A stretch of 22,031 bases of DNA from an uncultured Planctomycetota bacterium (lineage in GTDB: Bacteria > Planctomycetota > PUPC01). The stretch spans positions 1-22,031 of the forward strand of contig CAYLQD010000063.1 in NCBI GenBank assembly GCA_964385685.1, written 5' to 3'. The position numbers and the translations under genes are program-made. Below are positions 15,813 to 22,031 of this stretch, in pieces (the first letter of the stretch is position 1; every line of letters begins with the position of its first letter). Under the pieces are notes generated by a model. That model had not been told where the DNA came from. It saw nothing but the letters and a program-made list of their open reading frames with translations, and did no database searches.

Positions 15813-16721
15813 TCAGCGTCTCTTTCTTCGCAGCAGCACGAGGGCCGCCATCAGTCCGAGCCCCGCCGGCTCTGGAACGGGCTCGCCGGCCAGGAAGAAG
15901 CCCGACTCCGACGTCCACGTGACGCCCTCCGGCACCTGCAGCGGCCCGAGCGTCACCGTGTGGTCGTAGTAGACGCCCAGATCGATCCCGCTCGCGGCCA
16001 GGGGATCCGGATCGACCCCCGCCGTCTCGGCCTGGGCATCGATGTACGCGGCCATGCCCATCTCGGTGACCTTCTCGGTGTAGGAGAAGAAGGGTTCGAT
16101 CGTCGTCCGCAGCTCGCCCTGCCGGTTGACCGTCACGACGCTCGGCGCCGACACCAGGTCGACGATATCCTCGAACGTGGTGATCCCCAGCGCCATCCTC
16201 ACCGCCGCGAGCATGTTGAACCCCGTCACCGGCCCGCCGAGCGGGTTCTGGAGGTCGGCCTGGAGAACGCCGGTGATCTGGTACGGGATGATGACGGGGA
16301 CTCCATCGGGGTAGTTGCCCGGCGGCGTGGTGATGAGCAGCGTGTCACGCATCTCCACGGACGAGCTGGCGGTCGCGCTCGACCAGCCGCTGGGGTACGA
16401 GGCGTTTTGGATGGCGGCGGACGCCCCCAGCTCGCCCGTCCGCAGGTCGACGCGCCCCTGGCCCTCGGCCATGTCGCCTTCGATCCCGGCGAGCATGCTG
16501 CCGCCGATCAGCATCGCTTCGTGGCTGAACACCGTCTCGTCAACGAACTGGAACTCGCCGTCCTCGCCCGGGTCGACCTCCAGGTACATCATCCGCGAGG
16601 TGATGTGGACTTGCTGCTGAGCCGCAGCGGACGCGCACCATGCGAGCAGGGCGATCACAACACCCGCCGCGCAGCACGCCAGCGGCCGCAGCGACCCTCC
16701 TGCATTTCTTCCGTTCCTCAT
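15813..16721 (-). CDS. PEP-CTERM sorting-domain protein 4 (paralogue of protein 3)
   Basis: MRNGRNAGGSLRPLACCAAGVVIALLAWCASAAA...PVPEPAGLGLMAALVLLRRKRR*. Same leader and Shine-Dalgarno site as gene 3. Extensive identity to gene 3 is visible at the DNA level. Confidence 0.75.
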   Translation of the reverse strand: MRNGRNAGGSLRPLACCAAGVVIALLAWCASAAAQQQVHITSRMMYLEVDPGEDGEFQFVDETVFSHEAMLIGGSMLAGIEGDMAEGQGRVDLRTGELGASAAIQNASYPSGWSSATASSSVEMRDTLLITTPPGNYPDGVPVIIPYQITGVLQADLQNPLGGPVTGFNMLAAVRMALGITTFEDIVDLVSAPSVVTVNRQGELRTTIEPFFSYTEKVTEMGMAAYIDAQAETAGVDPDPLAASGIDLGVYYDHTVTLGPLQVPEGVTWTSESGFFLAGEPVPEPAGLGLMAALVLLRRKRR

Positions 16722-16762
16722 TGTCCTCCTCCTTCCTGGCGCCGTTGCGGCGCCCGTTATGC

Positions 16763-17455
16763 CTACCGCCTTCTTCTTCTCGCCGTAATCATTGCCAGCC
16801 CGAGCAAGCCGAGGCCGGCGGGCTCGGGGATGGGCGGGCCGGCAGTCCGGATGTCGGAAAGGACGTACGTCCCGACGCCATTGTTGATTCCGAAGGTGAC
16901 GTAGAGCGCATGGGCGAAATCGGTCGGGCCGGCGATGAAATCGCTGTACAAGAACTCGTAGACGCCGGGGCCCGTGATGTGATGCGTAAGCTCCGAGTCG
17001 TTCACTGCCATGTCGCTCACCTTGGTGACCATGCTGTCCATCGGCCCGGCGCCGTCGGCTCGGGTCAAGGTGACCAGAATGCGGTCGTGCTGCCCGCCTT
17101 CCGTGAGGTCGACGTTGTTCAGGCCGGCTTGGCCCACGCCGTCGTAGAAGAACGCCGCGAGCGCTCCGCCACCATCGCCGGTGTTGTTGAACGCAATGAT
17201 CGTGGCGTCTGGGTCCGGTGTCAGTTGCAGGTCGGCGGTCACGGACGCAGTTGGCGCGCTACCCGCGTTGAGCGAGACCTCCCGCTCGGTGCCGACGATG
17301 CTGCTTGCCGGGCCCGTCTGGATGTCGGTGTTCGTCCCCGGGTGGCTCAGCGAAAACGGCCCCTCTTCGAAGTCATCAATCACGACCGCTTTGGCCGGCG
17401 CCGCCAACAGCACGACGACGGTACAACATAGCATCACGATCCCCGTCTTTGTCAT
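16763..17455 (-). CDS. PEP-CTERM sorting-domain protein 5 (about 230 aa)
   Basis: Start MTKTGIVMLCCTVVVLLAAPAKA (ATG at 17453-17455, with GGAGGAG 8 nt upstream). C-terminus ...PIPEPAGLGLLGLAMITARRRRR*. The track ORF over-extends to 17521. Confidence 0.7.
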   Translation of the reverse strand: MTKTGIVMLCCTVVVLLAAPAKAVVIDDFEEGPFSLSHPGTNTDIQTGPASSIVGTEREVSLNAGSAPTASVTADLQLTPDPDATIIAFNNTGDGGGALAAFFYDGVGQAGLNNVDLTEGGQHDRILVTLTRADGAGPMDSMVTKVSDMAVNDSELTHHITGPGVYEFLYSDFIAGPTDFAHALYVTFGINNGVGTYVLSDIRTAGPPIPEPAGLGLLGLAMITARRRRR

Positions 17456-17495
17456 CTTGTCCTCTCCTCCGCGCCGCGCGGGCGCTTCAGCTGCG

Positions 17496-18842
17496 TCACC
17501 TCCTTCGCCGTATGAATCCAAGCATCCCCAGGCCGATCAATCCCAGAGCGCCCGGCTCGGGAATGATGAGGTCTCGCATGGCCGACGCGTGCGACGAGAT
17601 CGCGGCGAGGGTCGATGCGTCGGTGTCGTAGACCGAATACCAGCCGGGCGTTTCGTGCGGCGGGTCGCCGATCCACTGCGGGACCGGATCGCCCGGGCGG
17701 CCCTCGCCGCCCCACGCCCAGAAGTTGTCGCCCGCAGCCGACCCGCCCGACGACGCGGACGCATAGACCGCGTCGAACATCGCGGCGTAGAACGCGTCGC
17801 GGTGCGACGTCGGCGCGGCCGGGTCGTGGTGGTCGGGCCCGGTCCAGCCGTCGCGCGCCAGGCCGAACTCCTCGAGCACAACGGGCTTGGCGAGGATGTT
17901 GAGCGCCTCCTGCTCGTGGGTCTGGAAGTAGGCGAGCGCCTGGGCTTCGGCCGCGGCGTAGGTTGTGGGATCGGTCGGGTTGTACCAGCCCCAGTTCTCC
18001 GGCCAGATGTGCGTCGTCGCGTAGTCGATCTTTTCGCCGTTGTGCGTCTCGACGAACGTCCGGTCCTCCCATCCGGCGAGCCACGTCTCGGCGCCGGTCT
18101 CGCCCTCGAAGCCGGTCGTCACGAGGTGGTTGGGATCGAGCGACTTGATGTACGCGGCGGTGTCGTCGATCCAGTCGGCGGGGAACCGCCGCGGCTCGTT
18201 GGCCAGCTCCCACGCGAAGATGGTCGGGTCGTCTTTGTACGCCTCCCCGTTCACGGTGTTGACGCGGCCAACGACCTCGTCGATGTGGTCGCGGAACCAC
18301 GTCTGGCACTGCGCGTTCGTGTAGAACTGCGCGCTGTAGTTCTGGAACGCGTTCCAGTCGCCGGGATAGGGGATCGATCCGCCGATATCCCACTGAACGT
18401 ATTGGGCCATGCCGCCGGACCAGTGCCAGAAGTTGTTGAGGACCATCACGGCCCGCATGTCGCGCTGGTTCATCTCGTCGAGCAGGTGGTCGAGCCCGCC
18501 GAAGACGGCCGGGTTGTAGACGCCGGGCGCGGTCTGGAGCGACGGGACGGCGCGGTAGGGCTCTGTGTCGGGTCCTTCGGAGCCGGCCAGGATGCGCAGG
18601 TTGGTGATGCCGGCGGCCTGGAGGCGGTCGAGTTCGCGGCTGAGGCGCGCGCGGTTGCCGTCTGGGCCGACGACGCCGAGGTTCATCCCCTGCCAGAGGT
18701 TCGCGCCGACGAAGTTGTAGGGCTGTCCGTCGAGTTCAAAGGCCACGCCGTTGACGGCGACGAACCCGAAGTTGTCGGCCCGCGCCATTACCGCCGAGGC
18801 CAGCAGCGCCCCGGCGATGACTATGGATAGACACTTGCTCAC
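17496..18842 (-). CDS. glycoside hydrolase family 5 endo-beta-mannanase-like enzyme carrying a PEP-CTERM sorting tail
   Basis: Signal peptide MSKCLSIVIAGALLASAVMARA (GTG start, with GGAG 9 nt upstream). It has ...IFAWELANEPR..., the GH5 catalytic-acid NEP motif in the WELxNEPR context typical of GH5 mannanases. It also has ...KPVVLEEFGL..., the nucleophile E in a TEFG-like context. C-terminus ...IIPEPGALGLIGLGMLGFIRRRR*. Confidence 0.65.
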   Translation of the reverse strand: MSKCLSIVIAGALLASAVMARADNFGFVAVNGVAFELDGQPYNFVGANLWQGMNLGVVGPDGNRARLSRELDRLQAAGITNLRILAGSEGPDTEPYRAVPSLQTAPGVYNPAVFGGLDHLLDEMNQRDMRAVMVLNNFWHWSGGMAQYVQWDIGGSIPYPGDWNAFQNYSAQFYTNAQCQTWFRDHIDEVVGRVNTVNGEAYKDDPTIFAWELANEPRRFPADWIDDTAAYIKSLDPNHLVTTGFEGETGAETWLAGWEDRTFVETHNGEKIDYATTHIWPENWGWYNPTDPTTYAAAEAQALAYFQTHEQEALNILAKPVVLEEFGLARDGWTGPDHHDPAAPTSHRDAFYAAMFDAVYASASSGGSAAGDNFWAWGGEGRPGDPVPQWIGDPPHETPGWYSVYDTDASTLAAISSHASAMRDLIIPEPGALGLIGLGMLGFIRRRR

Positions 18843-18983
18843 TGTAGTGACTCCGGCCAGGGAATCACGCCGCGCAAGGCGCGCCGCATCCTCTCATTGC
18901 GGCCCCCGAGGGGCCGTTCTCGATCTGTTCCACCCGCCCAAGCGGGTGCTCAGCTTCTTTTGCGTCGCCGCCCTTCGACGGGC

Positions 18984-19907
18984 TCAGCGTCTTCGCTGCC
19001 GCTTCGACAGCCCGATCGCTGCCAACCCGAGGAACCCGAGCCCGGCCGGCTCGGGGATGATGGTGAGGTCCAACGCAACGCCCCCCGGGCCCGAAAGCCC
19101 CGTCACGACGTCCTCGGCGTTGCTGCCGTCGAGATCCGCGCGCTGGATCGAGTTCAGGTCGCGATCGGCCCAGTACATCTTGCCCGCGGCCACGTCGAGC
19201 GCGATCCCACGGGGGTTCGGCTGCGACACCAGAAGATCCTCGACGTTGCTGCCATCGAGGTTCGCACGCTGGATCTTGTCCGTTGCGAAAGCCGTCCAGT
19301 ACACCTTGCCGCCGGCAGGGTCCACCGCGATCCCCCAAGCGTCCTCAATTCCGCTGCTCACCAGGGTCTCGACGTTACCGCCGTCCAGATCGGCGCGCCT
19401 GACCAGGTCGTCAGCACCCGCACCCTGCTGCTCGACCCAGTACATCTTGCCGTTGGTCAGGTCGAGGTCGATGGCAACGGGGACCAAGAGGCCGGTCGTT
19501 ACGAGGTTCTCCACGTTGCTGCCATCGAGGTCCGCGCGTCGGATCGCGTCCGCCCACGCCTCGGTCCAGTAGACCTTGTCCGCGGCCAGGTCGAGCGCGA
19601 CGCCCGCCGCGCCATCGGCGCCGGTGATCAGGTCCTGGACGTTGCTGCCGTCCAGATTCGCGCGCTGGACCTTGTCTGCGAGCTCGTCCGCCCAGTACAT
19701 CTTGCCCCCGGCACCATCCAGCGAGATTTCAGCCGGGACGTCCAGCCCTGTCGTTACCAGGTCCTCGACGTTCGAGCCGTCCAGGTCGGCGCGCTGGATC
19801 TTGTGCGCGTCATGGTCCGTCCAGTACACCTTGGCGGCCTGTGCGCGCGGCGCCGCGAACACCGCGACGCAAACCGTCACCACCAAACCCACGATTGCCT
19901 TCCTCAT
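18984..19907 (-). CDS. six-bladed YWTD (LDL-receptor class B-type) beta-propeller protein with a PEP-CTERM tail
   Basis: Six ~42-aa repeats of the form K(V/M)YW(T/A)D....IQRA(D/N)LDGSNVEDLVT.GL..P.GIALD. Start MRKAIVGLVVTVCVAVFAAPRAQA (ATG at 19905-19907, with GGAGG 8 nt upstream). C-terminus ...TIIPEPAGLGFLGLAAIGLSKRQRRR*. The track ORF over-extends to 19976. Confidence 0.65.
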   Translation of the reverse strand: MRKAIVGLVVTVCVAVFAAPRAQAAKVYWTDHDAHKIQRADLDGSNVEDLVTTGLDVPAEISLDGAGGKMYWADELADKVQRANLDGSNVQDLITGADGAAGVALDLAADKVYWTEAWADAIRRADLDGSNVENLVTTGLLVPVAIDLDLTNGKMYWVEQQGAGADDLVRRADLDGGNVETLVSSGIEDAWGIAVDPAGGKVYWTAFATDKIQRANLDGSNVEDLLVSQPNPRGIALDVAAGKMYWADRDLNSIQRADLDGSNAEDVVTGLSGPGGVALDLTIIPEPAGLGFLGLAAIGLSKRQRRR

Positions 19908-20077
19908 CTCTCCATCCTCCAAAAGGTTCCTCTGCTTCAACACCACGCAGGCGACCGCCGCCTGCGTCCGCTCCAACTCACCAGCGCCAGGCCGATGAGC
20001 CCAGCCCCCTTCGTCGTCGATTGGCTCGCATCACCTCCTTTCCGCGGGCGGCGGCTGTCATCCGGCCCGCCCGTCTC

Positions 20078-20806
20078 TCAGCGCCGTCTCCCCTTTCTTC
20101 CCAGTGCCCGTCCTGAGCCCCGTCGAAGGGCCAGCGCCGCCGGCCCGATCAGAGCCAGCCCGGCCGGCTCGGGGACGACGGGCGGTGGCGGGACGCCGTC
20201 ACCCGTTATCACAAAGGCGAGGTCGAGCGACTCGGCCGTGATCAGGTCGGGGTAACTCGATACGTCGGCGGTCTTCCAGCCCCAATTGCCGTGGGCAGCC
20301 GTCACGGAGATCCCCAGCCAGTAGGTGGTGCCCTCCTCCTGGAAGAACGGATCGGCGATGTTCGCAACGTTGTATTGATAGCACTCGGTATGGTCGTGCT
20401 GAGCGTAGTTACCCGAGCCCGGGTCGAACCAGCCCTGGTCGCCCGTACCGTAGAAGCGTTCCGCCCATTCCCCTGGGTAAAGGTCGCGCTGCCAGAGCAG
20501 GACGTCCGGTTTGCTCTGGTCATCCGCGTAGATGCTGAGGCGGATCTCGGAGAGCGTGCCCACAGTGTCGCCCTTCCATGAGCCCCAGAAATGGATGTCC
20601 GTGACCGGTCCGCTCGCCGTGCACGTCCAGTCGTCGGCCAGGACCGTGTCACCATACGCGGCCACGTCCCAGCCGTTCAGGTCGGGCAGTTGCGGAAAGT
20701 GCATCTTATGCCCGTCGCCGGGGTCCCAGTCGGCGCGGGCCGCCGCAGCGACCAACGCAACGGCCGCGAGCACAACCGCCGCTCCGCCGATAGCCTTCGT
20801 CTTCAT
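20078..20806 (-). CDS. PEP-CTERM sorting-domain protein 8 with an unusually extended basic tail
   Basis: Start MKTKAIGGAAVVLAAVALVAAAARA (ATG at 20804-20806, preceded by the GGCGCC hairpin and a GGAGGAG Shine-Dalgarno site). C-terminus ...VVPEPAGLALIGPAALALRRGSGRALGRKGRRR*. The track ORF over-extends to 21025. Confidence 0.65.
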   Translation of the reverse strand: MKTKAIGGAAVVLAAVALVAAAARADWDPGDGHKMHFPQLPDLNGWDVAAYGDTVLADDWTCTASGPVTDIHFWGSWKGDTVGTLSEIRLSIYADDQSKPDVLLWQRDLYPGEWAERFYGTGDQGWFDPGSGNYAQHDHTECYQYNVANIADPFFQEEGTTYWLGISVTAAHGNWGWKTADVSSYPDLITAESLDLAFVITGDGVPPPPVVPEPAGLALIGPAALALRRGSGRALGRKGRRR

Positions 20807-20850
20807 CGTGCTCTCCTCCTTCTTGGCGCCGTTGTGGCGCCTGTTTGTCC

Positions 20851-21532
20851 TCAGCGTCTCTTCGTTCTCAGCCCGACGAGCGCCAGGCCGAGCAGGCCCA
20901 GGCCGGCGGGCTCGGGGATAGCAGGGCTCGCGGCCACCTGTGTGACGCTCAACGCGCTCCACGACCGGTCGATCGGCCAGCCGAAATCCCAGCGGGCATA
21001 CAGCCACGAGCCGTCCGTGAGCCACATGTAGATTCCGTTGGAACCAGCGTTGTAGTCCGCACTTTCAGGGACATGCGGGCCGGGACCGGTGCTGCCCCAA
21101 TCCCCAGCTGTGCCTGCCGAGCCCTCGGACCCGATGTACTGGTGGTTCGTGCCGAAAGCCCCGACCCACGGGATGTCGGCCTCCATGGTAGTCCTCGCCG
21201 CCGGCGCCGTGGAAGCAGCTTTCGATGGGCTGCCAGTCATTACCGCCCGCCGTCGGGTCGAAGAACTCGATGGTGAACAGTTCGGTGGTTGTCGGAACGC
21301 CGGGGCCGCTCAGTTCCCAGTAGACGCGGCGGACGCCGTCCATCGTATTGGCCCCCCAGGCGCTGGTGCCGGCGTATCCGGCGCCCGCGTATTCAGTCCA
21401 GCCGGAGCCCACAAGGTGGTCGACCGGCAGGACCCAACTGTCCCCGACTCCCGCCAACGCAGCGCTGCACGAGAAGAACAGAGCGGCCGCCGCCACCGCA
21501 CCACACAACGTCCAATATCCCATCTTACTCAT
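20851..21532 (-). pseudogene. PEP-CTERM sorting-domain gene 9 disrupted by an apparent +1 frameshift near 21175-21195 (pseudogene or sequencing error)
   Basis: The 5' part (track ORF 21065..21532) opens with a good signal peptide, MSKMGYWTLCGAVAAAALFFSCSAALAG. It reads as protein up to ...EFFDPTAGGNDWQPIESCFHGAGGEDYHGG and then becomes Arg/His-rich junk. The 3' part lies in the frame of ORF 20851..21240 and reads ...ADIPWVGAFGTNHQYIGSEGSAGTAGDWGS...WDFGWPIDRSWSALSVTQVAASPAIPEPAGLGLLGLALVGLRTKRR*. The two frames differ by one nucleotide around ccatggaggccgac. Confidence 0.55.
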
Positions 21533-21574
21533 GACGCTCCTCCTCTCCGGCGCCGTTGTGGCGCCTGCTTGCTC

Positions 21575-22031
21575 TCAGCGTCTCTTGTTCCTCAGCCCAA
21601 CGAGCGCCAGCCCGATCAACGCGAGCCCTGCCGGCTCGGGAATCGGCGGCGGCTCTCCACCATGCGCATTGATGACGAGCGAAGTCGCGGCGGTGAAGGA
21701 CGCAAGGTTGTGATCTTGGTTGACGTATGCCGGCGCAACGCCGCCCGTGCTGCTCGGAACCGACGGCCCAAGCGAGATCGTGATATCGCTGGCGGGCGCA
21801 GAGATAATCGCCTGGTACGTCGCCAGCAGGAGCGGCTCCGGCACGGTGGGCAGCGGAGTAGTCACGGCGAGGAAGACGTTGTTGCCCGATCCGATGTTGA
21901 GCGCGCCCGGCGGGAGGACGCGGTCCAGAACGATGCCGGGGGCCGCCAGCAGCTCGGACGTGTCGATGCTGAACTCGTAGCCCCGCACCCCCGTGTCACC
22001 GGCCGGGAATCCGTCGGCGACGACATAGAAA
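21575..22031 (-). CDS. PEP-CTERM sorting-domain protein 10 (5' end beyond the window)
   Basis: The frame stays open upstream of the listed GTG at 21988 to the window edge (...FYVVADGFPAGDTGVRGYEFSIDTS...). C-terminus ...PPPIPEPAGLALIGLALVGLRNKRR*. Confidence 0.65.
   Translation of the reverse strand, partial: FYVVADGFPAGDTGVRGYEFSIDTSELLAAPGIVLDRVLPPGALNIGSGNNVFLAVTTPLPTVPEPLLLATYQAIISAPASDITISLGPSVPSSTGGVAPAYVNQDHNLASFTAATSLVINAHGGEPPPIPEPAGLALIGLALVGLRNKRR

Noticed and set aside
1-22031. CRISPR arrays, rRNA, transposase or integrase genes
   Set aside because: The only regularly spaced repeats are coding tandem repeats (lyase tail, flotillin tail) and the array leaders. There are no spacer-repeat architecture, no ribosomal RNA signatures, and no DDE or tyrosine-recombinase-like ORFs.

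Overview
This is a high-G+C window, likely from an environmental bacterium whose genes use GGAGG-type Shine-Dalgarno sites, and nearly everything is encoded on the minus strand. Reading from the left edge:

- 1-2319: a 3'-truncated heparinase II/III-like polysaccharide lyase. Its true frame is missing from the ORF track because the gene runs off the window start, and its C-terminus carries an 84-bp tandem repeat.
- ~2330-4300: a visibly lower-G+C island holding a translationally coupled two-gene module, a 139-aa unknown protein followed by an ImmA/IrrE-type HExxH metallopeptidase.
- 4490-6507: two overlapping paralogous citrate-synthase-family genes.
- 6508-7431: a 920-bp structured, lower-G+C intergenic region containing two identical 16-bp palindromes (TGTACCATATGGTACA) about 122 bp apart.
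- 7432-9654: a 740-aa flotillin/SPFH protein with an acidic tandem-repeat tail.
- 9655-9868: a divergent promoter region with a near-consensus sigma-70 promoter reading into the next gene.
- 9869-10849: a plus-strand GNAT acetyltransferase fused to a CBS domain pair.
- 10869 to the window end: the dominant feature, a head-to-tail array of ten minus-strand PEP-CTERM (exosortase-sorted) secreted proteins. Members include a GH5 beta-mannanase, a YWTD beta-propeller, a tandem-duplicated pair and one frameshifted member. The array is punctuated by two recurring non-coding elements: a GGCGCC-N5-GGCGCC hairpin just 5' of the ribosome-binding site, and a ~27-nt motif that in one gene encodes an extended PEP-CTERM tail.

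The long plus-strand ORFs in the supplied track are antisense artefacts of these genes. I found no rRNA, tRNA, CRISPR array or transposase. I had no tools, so every family assignment rests on motifs I read directly from translations and needs confirmation by HMM or BLAST searches.
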